Shown one piece after another: positions 41,401 to 52,482 of a DNA stretch of 64,000 nt. Positions within the stretch are counted from its first letter, which is position 1; each line of letters begins with the position of its first letter. A program made the position numbers and the translations under genes. The notes under the pieces are model-generated. The model was given only the letters and a program-made list of their open reading frames with translations, had not been told where the DNA came from and searched no databases. Source of the DNA: Selaginella moellendorffii (Eukaryota; Plantae; Lycopodiophyta); contig NW_003314399.1 in NCBI RefSeq assembly GCF_000143415.4, positions 143,428 through 207,427 of the forward strand, given 5' to 3'.

Positions 41401-42947
41401 CCTATCTGGTATTTTCAGTTCATCCGGCTGCACATCTTAACCGTTCTAATCTGGTAGTCTGGGGAGGAAAGCTTGCCATGGTGCGGCTGGACAGTATTTT
41501 CGTTTTGATCAGTAGATGTTTGTGTGTTTTTCCTTTCTAGTTTGGTTTCCAACAATCTTTTTCCTTTTTCCAGCAATCGTTGAGTACGAGTCCAGGCTTC
41601 CACATTTTGCATAGAGAAGTGTATGATTCTCAATGCAACAAGTTAACTTTTTTATCAACGTTAACTACAATTTGGTCTCGCTATGGTTCATCGGCTCCAT
41701 GTTTCCCAGCCGAGAAATGCAATCGGTTGTGCCGTTTCTTCTCCATGTGTCAGCAGCATGGACCCGAGAACCTGAAGGCTGTTGAGGAGTTTTGGGGGCT
41801 GGCAAAATGGGTACTGGACCAAGCCATGGCTGCTGAGGAGTCCGGTTTAGCAACGCAGGCCATCTTGTGCTACATGTTTGAAATCTAAAACAAAACGTTG
41901 TTATAGTACTTTACATATAACTCCATTTACATATAGCTCCACGTTACCTCTCAGGTTGGTCAACTGCGACAGACTCATGCCAGTTAATTGCCACACCACT
42001 ACATGCAATCTTCATGCTTGGGTTAATGGGTGGAGCATGTTTGGTGTTTAAGTTGTTGTTGGCTTGTGAAGTTCATGAACTTGAATAACAAACATTAACA
42101 TAAACACTATACATCTTTGATTGTATGGTGTGATATTTGTAAATCCCTTATATTGGAAAACCTGGCTGGCATTCTCCAATTTAGATGTCAATGAGATGGG
42201 CACATATGCATTTTGGGTCATACATGTGGGTCATATATGTGGCATGACATCCCATTCATCATCATTTTCATTATGTAAGTGTGATTTAATGTTCTCAAGG
42301 AGGAAAGGGTTTTTAAAGCCATGTTGTTCAATTTTAATAGTGTGGTTATTGTGGCAATGAAATTAATTTACTTTTTTTGTGGTAATTAAAGACATCCATA
42401 ATGAGTAAATCTTGCTTATAGCTCAAATTCATGAAATTGGACTCAAATGCAAAAGTTGCAAATATATGTACTAGTGGAAGATGAACAAAGTGTAGGGTTG
42501 TTATTAAGTTTCAATTCCAATACTTCTTTAACTAGTGAGAGTGAAGATGAAGATGGAGATCTTGATATTTCAATGATAAGTAGATGAATTTCTAAATTGG
42601 AAGGTTTTCATTATATTACTTCTTTCAAGGCTTCAATAATTTTTTGAGGTTGAGGGGATTTGCTAGTATAGTGGTGTATGGATGCACTTGAAGATTCTTG
42701 AGACAAAAACCATGGTTTATTTTGTAAATTATTTGGGAATTATGCAGCCAACACTATATAAATATATGCAAGTGGTGAATACAAATTGGAAAGGGGTGTA
42801 CCATAGGATAATGATAGAGGAAGTTTTTAACCATATTTGCATTAAGGGAATTATCAACTCCCACTCTTGTTATCAAGTAGTTAGTTACTGTTTTAGTAGC
42901 CATCAAACATTAACTTTATATGATCCAAGAAAGTTGCAAAGTATGCA
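36409..42947. repeat. Segmental duplication unit A (5' part of TRM2 + NTPase-nuclease gene + AT-rich tail)
   Basis: Colinear similarity to 47840-54003 and, from ~39140 on, to 58240-62136. Confidence 0.9.
39144..41220 (+). pseudogene. Frameshifted copy A of the P-loop NTPase + PD-(D/E)xK-like nuclease (CR/Crinkler-RHS-like) gene
   Basis: Relative to copies B and C: 11-bp deletion at ~39360, 1-bp deletion at ~39547, 17-bp deletion at ~40390; premature TGA at 39537-39539. Confidence 0.85.
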
Positions 42948-42949
42948 AT

Positions 42950-45900
42950 ATAAGAAGTGCTTGGATTTTGGATTTTGATTTAAATCTAGTTTTTGCATCG
43001 TCTAGATTTAACTTTTTCTATTTCCTTTCTTTTGTTCTTTCTTTTCAAGGTTTTGGTTTAGATCTAGCTTTTTGTGTTGTCTAGATCTACCATTTCCTTC
43101 TAGCTTTTTGTCATTTATCTTCTTTTGCTCTTTTTTTTTCATTCATCTTCATGGCAAATCAGCAATCTCCTCCTTTGACTCTAGAGCAGCAGTTGGTACA
43201 ATTGTTTGATGCTATGCGCTTGCAATTGAACAACCAAACTTAGTTGATGGCGGCGTTCACAGCACGTGGTACAACTCCTCCTACTCTTGGTGCCAATCCT
43301 CGCGTTCGGCCGGAGTTCTGTTGCGGGAATCCTAGGGATGATGTGTACCATTGGTTCGATCACTTCACGATGATTGCCACATATCATTCTTGGGATGATG
43401 CTCGACGGTTGCATAAGTTTCCCACGTGTCTCCAAGGGACGGTATTGCAGTGGTATAATGGTTTGAGCGCAGCCACTCGTGGGGATTGAAGTGTTCTCCC
43501 AGACGTCTTCAAACGTGCCTTCAAACATGCCGATGATTGTGATGATGCTTTCCAACAATTGCATCGTCTTCGCCAAGGGCCATCTGAGTCGGTGATGCAA
43601 TTTGGCGTTTGTTTCCGAAGTCTTTTGCTTCGTGCAGAGCCAAATATGTCAAAGTGGATCAAGCTAGAAATGTTGTGGCCAGCACTTCGTCAAGATCTTG
43701 TCGGACTTGTGCATGCACTTGCTCCTGCCACCCTTCACGATGCTTTTCGCTTGGCACAACGTTATGAGACGTCGCCTTTTCCACTTCTCGCTACACGTCC
43801 TTCCACTCCACTTCCTATGGGTGATGGTCCTATTCTAATAGAGGTTGATGTTGCTGCTGCTCGAGTCCAAGGACAAGCGCGAGGACGTGGTCATGGCCGT
43901 GATGTTCGCTGCTGGGCATGTGATGAAGTTGGTCATATTTATCGGTGTTGCCGTCGTTTTCCGGATTGGCGACCTCCATTTCCTGGGTGGAGACTTTGGC
44001 GTCAGCAATGTCCCGTGGGTGCTGCTGCAGCAGAAGGTCTGGACACCGAGATGCATTCGGGAAACGAGGAGTCGCGCGAGTAACGGAGGGATCTTGCGCG
44101 AATAAATCAATGACCCCTCCATCTTTCTTTCGGGAGTATCATCAAGGGGTTCACTCGGCATCAGTTCATCCAGTGTTTACTTTCCAAGCTCGTTTTTATA
44201 ACAAGAGGTCTCCTATTATTCTTTCCGTGTTGGTTGATACAGGTTCAAGTTTATCTTCTATTGCTCGACCTGTTGCCACACATTGTCGTCTACACTTGCG
44301 TCATGCGGCGAAACCAATTTTCATTCTTTATGGCAACGGCTGTACACATGCATGTGCACGGGATAAGGTGGACCTGGTTGTGCGTGTGGGCGATCTCGAG
44401 CTTGAGTTGCAGTCGTTGCGGGTGGTGCCGAGTCAAGTTTTTGACCTCATTCTTGGTATGGATTGGTTGCAGCGCAATCATGCCAAGTGTGACTTTGAGG
44501 CTTCTCCCCCTTGTTTCATACTTCCTTATGTTTCATCCATTCCTCTCACTTCTATACCTTTTTGTCCTTCTACTCCTACCTCTACTACCATTACTTTTGT
44601 TCCCCCACTCTTTCCTTCTGTGTTTCCATCTTGTTTTGCTTTTCCCTTTTCCGATCCCTCTAACGATCTTTGTGTTGCAACAGTTGACCGGCTCATGAAA
44701 GAGTATTCTGATCTCTTTGAATTTGACCTATCGTCTAGGGCCAAGATTGCCACATGTCATCCGATTCCAACCGGGGATGCTCGTCCAATCAAGGTTCCTA
44801 TTTGTCGTCGGTCACCTAAGAAGATCAAGATTTTACGAGCAAACGTCAAAGAAATGCTGGAGAAGGGTGTTATTCGGAAGTCACGGAGTCCTTGGGCATA
44901 TGAACCTCATCTAGTGATAAAGCCTGATGGGAGTATTCGTTTCTGCATCGACTATCGTCCGTTAAACGAAGTGACGATCCCGGATGTGTATCCTCTTCCT
45001 CACACTCCTGATCTCTTAGATTGTCTGGGGCGAAGTCATTGGTTCACCAAGCTAGATCTTGCTTCTGGGTATTGGCAAGTACCGATGGCCGAAGAAGATA
45101 TTCCTAAGATTGCTTTTCGTACACCATTTGGTTTGTACGAGTTCTTGGTGATGCCGTTTGGTTTGAACGATGCTCTAGCAACTTTCCAGTGGATGATGGA
45201 CGAGGTTCTTTGCGATATGCCGGAGGTGACTGTTGACTTCATTGATGATGTCTTGATCCACTCGGAGGGGACGTGGGAGGAGCACGTTCGTGATGTTTGT
45301 AAAGTGTTGGATCGGCTACACGATGTTAGTTTAAAGCTGAAGCGGTCAAAGTGCATGTTTGGGTCTAAGGACACAACTTATCTTGGGTACTGTATTTCTC
45401 ATGAAGGTTTGCAAGTTGATCCTGACAAACTTGTGGCTGTTCTAAAGTTCCTTACTCTGAAGTGTGTGAATGATGTGCAACACTTTTTGGGTAAGGTGCA
45501 GTATCTCAGTCGTTTTGTGGATCATCTTTCCAATTACACTACACCATTGCGAGCGTTGCTGAAGTCATCAACGTCATCTTTCATCTGGTCTCTGGATTGT
45601 GAGCGGGTGTTCGTGGATCTCAAAGAGCTATTGACGACTCCTCCGATTTTGGCATATCCTGACTACACTCGACCTTTTATTTTGCATATGGATGCTTCTA
45701 ACATTGGTTTTGGAGGTGTGTTGATGCAAAAGAGCTCAAGTGTGCCTGGTCAATGCCATCCCATTGCATACATAAACCGTATATTATAACCAGCGGAGAT
45801 GAACTATGACAGAGAAGGAGTGTTTAGCAGCAATCTGGGGTTTCGAGAAACTTCATGCATATCTACATGGTTCTCAGACATTACTTGAAGGTGACCATGT

Positions 45901-47839
45901 TGCTGTTACTTCATTATTGAAGCGAAAGAACCTGGTTGGTCGTACGGCTCGATGGGCTTTGAAGTTTAAAATATATGATTTCAATGTTGTTCATCGCCCA
46001 GGGAGTTCTATGGCTGATGTTGATGCCCTTTCTCAAGCTCCTCTTCCTTCTCCACTCACTTCTCATGTTTTTGACGAACTTGTTGTTCCAGCATCTATGG
46101 ATTTTCTAGATGAGGATTCTGTGCCGTCGGCGGTTGCTATCTTTGACGTTCAGTGTCCACAGAGCGCAGAGCAAGATCTACCTTCTCTTGATGAGGTTCG
46201 CGAGGCTCAAAAGATTGAGCCATGAATTCGAAGGCTTTGAGATGGGTTTGAGAATCCTGCATTACTTGCTGATGACTTGCCTTTCCAGCATTTACATTCT
46301 CAATATCGCCTTGAAGATGGCCTTCTTTATTTTGTGGGGACGGATCCTGATGATCATTTACGGCTGGTGGTGCCTTCGGTGTTTATTCCGCAGTTTCTCC
46401 ATGCCTACCATGATTCTCCTGTTCTAGGTGGGCATATGGGACATCGTCGTGTCACCGAGAAGGTGCACAGGTTTTTCTATTGGTCGAAGATGCGACATGA
46501 TATTATCCAGTATGTGCATAGCTGCGTTTGGTGCCAAGTTCGTAATACTCCCCCTCGTGCTGCGGAAGGACAATTGGAGTCAATTACAATTTCCCGTCCG
46601 TTTGAGTTAGTGGCGTTTGATCTTATGGGACCTTTTCCACAGTCGACTGCTGGCAATGAGTATGTTATTATTACTTCTGACTACTTGATTCGTTGGGTGG
46701 AAGTTGGTGCTCTTGCTAGTGGCTTTGCAACTGCTGTTGGATACTTCCTCCTCAATCGAGTGGTGTTCTAGCATTCTTGTCCAGAGCGGATTCTTTCGGA
46801 TAATGGTCCGGCATTTATGGCTGAGGCATTTCATGTTTTGACGTCTTGATTGGGGATATGCCACACTTTCACGAGTGCTTATCATCCACAATCAGACGGT
46901 CTAGTGGAACGGCTTGTTTGGACATTCAAAGGGATGATTGCAAAGTATGTGAACTTTCAGCATTTGGATTGGGATGGTTATTTGCCGTCTCTTTGGTATT
47001 CACATGTTACAGGGGTGCAGAGTTCTATTGGTGCTTCACCATATAAATTCTTATATGGTCATGATCCAATATTACCAACGGAGCTGGGTTTACCTTCGCA
47101 ATTGCCACAAGCTGCCGATGCTAGATCATGGGATCAGTATTTGACGAGCATTCTTCCACTTGTCCGAGCAAAGTTTGCCGAACACTTAGGCCGTGTACAA
47201 GTGGGACAACAACGGCACTACAACTCCCATCATCGTCCACCTGCGGAGTACAAAGTGGATGATTTGGTGTTAGTCTGTTTTCCCTATCTTACGGTACGTG
47301 GTTTATCTAAGGGGCTTCTTATGCAATGGAAAGTACCGTATCAGGTGTTGCGGCAAGTTGGACCACAAGTTTATGAGGTTCGGTATAACGTTCAGCAGGC
47401 CGATCCTCCAGAGATTGTGTATGTGCAGCGGCTGAAACGCTTCGTACAAAGGGATCAGAAGGAGTTAATACCATCTACAGATCCACTGATGCCTCCTCCT
47501 GACATTCCTCCGGATCCCGGCCCATCTTCAAGAGAACCCTGATGGTCTTCTATTATCCCGAAAGGAGGGGATGATGTGAGGGCCAAGTGTATGGTTACGA
47601 TGCCGTATACTAATATTAGCGTAGTGGGATTTTGGTAGCCGTCGGATTGGTTTCAATCTAGACCACTCACTTTTGTATATAAATTAGGGTTTTTGGGCTA
47701 ATTAATATGCATATTTCTGTATTCCCTTTCCATATTCCAAACACTCACATATATTTAATCTTATTAGTGACTTTTCTTAGGTATTTTAAGTATGATAAGA
47801 ATGTAATATAGCCTAAGGCTATATTAAATTTAAGTATAT
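42950..47839 (+). mobile_element. Degenerate Ty3/Gypsy LTR retrotransposon (gag, PR, RT, RNase H, IN, PPT, start of 3' LTR); no 5' LTR or PBS seen
   Basis: gag from ATG 43151 with CWACDEVGHIYRCC knuckle; LVDTGSS protease; RFCIDYRPLN, LDLASGYWQV, MPFGL and FIDD in RT; MDAS RNase H; HHCC, FDLMGP and SDNG integrase after RH (Gypsy order); several stops; PPT GAAAGGAGGGGATGA 47560-47574 then TGT at 47575. Confidence 0.93.
44059..44120 (+). promoter_or_regulatory. -1 programmed ribosomal frameshift signal at the gag-pol junction
   Basis: G_GGA_AAC in gag frame (44059-44065), 6-nt spacer, stem 1 44072-44080/44093-44101, stem 2 44085-44090/44115-44120; pol lies in the -1 frame. Confidence 0.85.
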
Positions 47840-49870
47840 AGTTTGAAATGTTATTGAGCTTCAAGGCATCTGTGACTGCGTCTGCATTTATCTCTATTCC
47901 CACCACCTAGCTTCCAGGGAAAATTATTAGATGGCACGTTTAGTGATTTTAAGATCTATTATTACCATGCCAACTTTGCGTGCAAGCATCAGACCTATAG
48001 TCCCCGTCCCGCAGAGAGCAAAGTGTTGGGGCCAAGACCAGCCCACTCCCCAGCGAGCGCATACAGCTTCTCAGCCGCAAAGCTATTGACCTGCATTAAA
48101 TACATTTTAAGTTGCAAGTAGAAAAAGGAGATATGGGAACCTGGAAGAATGCTGTCGGAGAAATCCTAAATTGCAGATCGCCAATATAATCGTGAATATA
48201 TTGTACAGAGACTTCTGTGCCCGGAATCGCCAAGGAAATTAAAGGAGCATCGGCGGGAGCAGCGTTCGAAACTCCCACATGTTCCTAGAAATGCAAGCCG
48301 AGAGCAGGAAAAATAAAGAGTGACGCTTTCAACCTGGACAAGTAAAGCAGTGAGTGTAACAGGTGGTGCTGCACTAAAAGCAGCGCTTGAAAGTTCCCGG
48401 GCCATACGCTCATATTCTTTCATCTTTGCGTCACTTACATGGAGATACCTGCATAAGTACTAGTCAGAATCGTCAAAAAGAAAAAAGAAAAAAGAAACAT
48501 CACACGCACCTGCACTACAAGCATAACTTCGGCAACCGTTGGAACCTCTTCTTGACAAGTTCTAGGATGTCGACCTTCTCGAACCTAACATTTGATAGGG
48601 AGAAAAATTAGAGCTGCTGATACAAACGCACGGAAGATTTACCGTCAACATCCGCCAAAAGCCAGAGTTATTTTCCTTGTTCCACACTTGAAACTCAGAT
48701 GTGCGTATAAAACTTTCCAGTGCACCAGCATAAAACTTTGCAATGTCCGACACGTTACGACAGTTCCTGGGATTTCCAATTGTGGTAATGCCTTTCCTGA
48801 ACAAGGCCTTTAAGTAAGTCAAATAAATGACCCACGACAAATTGATGATCTCACCTGAACATCCCCATTTGAAATCCAACAACACTTTCCCCATCGGCAG
48901 AAAATCCGATGCTAAATTCACACTTGTTACGGTAGCCTTCAACCACAGGAGAAGAAATAATGCCTTCAAAGTCACAAGCCATCCCCCCTGTTGAAGAAAA
49001 AGAAATAGAGATCCGAGTAGTTATTCTATCAACATTTACCTTTTTCTTTTCCCGGAGTGAGCCATTCCGGAACTGGAGTACCATGCACGCAGCACTTGCG
49101 TGTGTGGCGAACCTGGACGGTATTATCAACCTTCAGGAAAAGAAAAGAAGCAAGTGCAATTTAAAAATACTTACGAACTTTCTAAGCACTGTTGCGACGC
49201 CATCACGCTTCTCTCGTAGTTGCTCCTCATACGACTGAGAAGCCAAAGGAGTGACAACCTCACTCACATCTTTCGGCGGCTCGGCATTTTCTTCTTTCGC
49301 ATCTCCATTCCCAGTTTCGTCGGCCTCCCAGCTTCGTGGAAGAGCATCCGACACCTTTGGCTTCTTCCCTTTGGAACCCGTCATCGCTTCTAGTTTCTAC
49401 AACATAAACAGATTGCTATCTATCAGTATCTACAGTGCAAAGTTAGAGGAAAAAAAAATGATTTACCACTTTGGCGTGCTCAGCGTGCTCGGCAGCATCG
49501 AATTCCACGAAGCCAACAGTCTTTCCCTTTCTCTTCTTGGCCGAGGCGAATTTTATATCCTAGGAAACACAACGAAAAGCCTGCTCATCCATCATTCTAC
49601 CAGGAAAAAAATCCCAGCTATCTAGAAAGTCAGTCACACGCTTACTTGCTCTTCCAGGAGCCTTTTAAAAGCATCCCCGCCCATAGACCACGGCAAATTC
49701 TGGACGCACTTCCTCAATCCCTTGCTCCACCCTTCCTGATCCCCATCATTCCTCACCTCCTCCTCCTCCACATCACCGGCGGCAGTGGGATCATTTCCAC
49801 TGGCAGGCGCCTCCTCCAGAACGGCAGCATTGCCGAGCGCCAGCGCTACGCACTCCTCCTCCCCTGCCAT
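47840..49870 (-). pseudogene. Truncated TRM2 duplicate
   Basis: Near-identical to 36409-38471 but lacks the 3' exons (DPPR, YVSCNP, DLFPHT); 10-bp deletion in the SAM-binding motif at ~48014 and further small deletions. Confidence 0.9.
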
Positions 49871-50351
49871 GAAATGCGAAGAACCCTAAACCCAGAATGA
49901 ATATTCACAAAGCCCTATACGAATATTCCAGCTTTTAAATTCTTTTAAACTTGGTACACTCCATTACGCTGGAATGGATCCACTCGCGGTTATTAAACGT
50001 AGAAAATGTATGTCTGTTTCGATAAGGCCATATAAACAAGAATGTTGCCCTGTTTGACTTGGGTTAACACTTAAGTGGAGTTGAAGTTGAATAGTTGAAG
50101 ACTAATATATCAAGATGTGAAAGAAATAATAGGTAGAGCATGTTCTCAACTCATGGTGAGAATAAATATTTGATGAACCAGTAATAATTAAGGACATTAA
50201 TGTTAAACTTTGATTATCTTAGAATATGCCTAGATATTCTGGGTATATTCTTACACACCTAAAAAAGATTTTTTCTGAAAATCTAAATTAACTAATGCTC
50301 CAAAAGTTAGGGAACAACCTTTCAGCTGAAGGCTCTAAAACTCCGGCTGCC

Positions 50352-52482
50352 ATGGCGCACGCTCGTCTGCTTGCAAGAAAGAAGGCGGAGGCGGAGCGTG
50401 TGAAGGCGCGGCTTCGCGATGTGGATTTCGCCAGGCTTCAGGATCCAGGCTGGTCACAGACGTTGCCCTTTCCAGGTTTGAGTACCTCCGCCGTAGGCAA
50501 GAGGCCACCACGGGAATTTGAGTTTGTGGGTCGTTCGGCGTACTTGGACATCATGAGGCTAGTTCTAGAAGAAGACCCACAATCCCCGACTCGGGGCCTG
50601 CTCATTACTGGTGCCAGGGGGAAAGGAAAGAGTTGCATTTTGCGAGCGGTTGCAGTCGAGCTTATTGGGCGCTCTCAAAGAGTAATAAGCTTTTGGTACT
50701 TGGACGCTTGTCAGGACTTGCTGCGCCAAGTTCAGGATTCTCTTCTGTTTGCATACAGTGACAGCGAGGAAGCGCTTGCAGAGACTGGACGCATCAGCTC
50801 TGTGGAGTCGTTGTCTGACTTTCTCGAGGGCAGAAAGGCGGCTGGGGATTTTATTTTCTTTGTGAGTGATGGTGAAGAGAACTACGGTGATCAACACGAG
50901 GATGGTACTTCACGCAGGCGAGCTGAGGCGAAGAAGTGGCTGGAAGCTTTGGAGAGAGGGTGCAACTTTGTAATCAAGACCTTGTCGCCTGAAGCTCATG
51001 ACGTGAGAGTAGGCGCAAGCCAAATGGAAGAGTACGAGCTGAAAGATAACTTTGGCGAGGTAAGCCTCATTCCCTTCTTTTTTTCTTTTCTTTTCCGGGT
51101 GCTTTTTTACTGAATTATCCGCGCTACAGGAGGAGTACTCTTCGTTCATAAGAGGAACCACCACCGTCCTTGGAGGGATGCTCAAGAACCATCCGGACCG
51201 TGAGGAGGATGTTCTCTTGTTTGCTGGAAAGCACCCCATGTCCTTGTTCTACCTCAGCAGTGCGTGTGACGAGTATGTACGAGACATCACCGGTACCTCC
51301 TCTTCAAGGAAAAGGCTCAGGGTTAAAAATCTTGGGGTGCTGGATCTCCGAACGGGTGCCATGGACACGCGAGTGTACGAAGATCCTGGGAAGATGGACG
51401 AACCAGAAGGTTTCCTAGATGATGAGCAGGCGTGGCAGGCGGTGCTGCTGAAGTTTAAGCAGGGAGGACCATTCAAATCCATACGGAAGTACATCAACGA
51501 TTACAAGGGCCCGGAGGAATCTTTACGTGATCCTGCATCGGTGTCCAAGAGTTTTGTCAGCGGAGATGGTAGTTTCTGCACCGACTTCATCCATGCAGTC
51601 CATTTAGAGGCAGCTTTGGAGCGCTTGAAGGGCCTGGTTTTCCGTTCGCCGACATTCCAGGCCATTGTGAAGGGTAAACTCGATGACCCGGACATCATCT
51701 GGCCCCAGATCGGATGGGCCTGCGAGGGGTTTGTAGCAGAGGCTATCATGGCGGTGGGGCTGAAATTCAAGCAGCGTGTGCGTCGTCCAGTGGAGCTGAA
51801 GAGTCTAAATGGTGAACCCGTGCGGTTAGATCCAAGGCAGTGGGAGCCTTTGAAGCCCGTGTACCTGAAACCAGGCAGGTACTCTTTCAAGTACATTGAC
51901 GGGGTTATCGCGTGGGTTGACGAGAAAGGGGTGATGCATTTCTTAGCGCTTCAGGTGACGGTCAGCCTGGAGGGACACACCAAAACGGAGTATCAGTTCA
52001 TGCAACGAGCACAAGTGGAACGCTGGTACACTGGACCCTGCATCTGGTACTATGTTTACCTCTGCCCTGTGAAGGTAGAATCGTTGGAGGAGTCCCGGAA
52101 GGCTTCTTCTTCCAGAGGAGGTTCATCGCCCACGTCCAGCAGGCCGGTTCAGTCACAAGAGACGTTGGTGGAGTACCAGAGGGAACAGCTCCAGTTTGAT
52201 CAGTGCTTTGAGCAAAATCTGGGACAGGAGGAAGTGTTGCTCCTCCGGAAGCTCGGGGAAGTCAGGGAGAGGGAAATGGAACGGAGGAAGAAGGCCAAAG
52301 CCATGCAAGAGCACAGCTATCGCCAACTTCTAAAGAGCTTGCCTCCTCGGAAATGGGCACTCTACAAGAGACTGAAGACGAGAGAATTGCTGGAAGTGGA
52401 GGCCAAGAAATGCGGCATCAGTGACCCGTCCCCCAAGAACTACAAGAACATCTACGTCTTGCTTTCAGCCATGGACGTTTAA
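50352..52482 (+). CDS. P-loop NTPase + PD-(D/E)xK-like nuclease protein (CR/Crinkler-RHS-like), copy B; exons 50352-51059 and 51130-52482, ~686 aa (upstream in-frame ATG at 50295)
   Basis: EFVGR, Walker A GLLITGARGKGKS, Walker B-like FIFFVSDGEE; in-frame GT-AG intron; C-terminal GWACEGFV...YLKPGRYSFKYIDGVI...FLALQVTVS..GH. Confidence 0.75.

Noticed and set aside
47400-47560. Chromodomain or env ORF in the Gypsy element
   Set aside because: The integrase ends in a short Pro-rich tail directly followed by the PPT
50352-52482. NB-ARC/NLR resistance gene
   Set aside because: FVGR and Walker A resemble STAND NTPases, but no kinase-2 LLVLDDVW, GLPL, MHD or LRR motifs are visible
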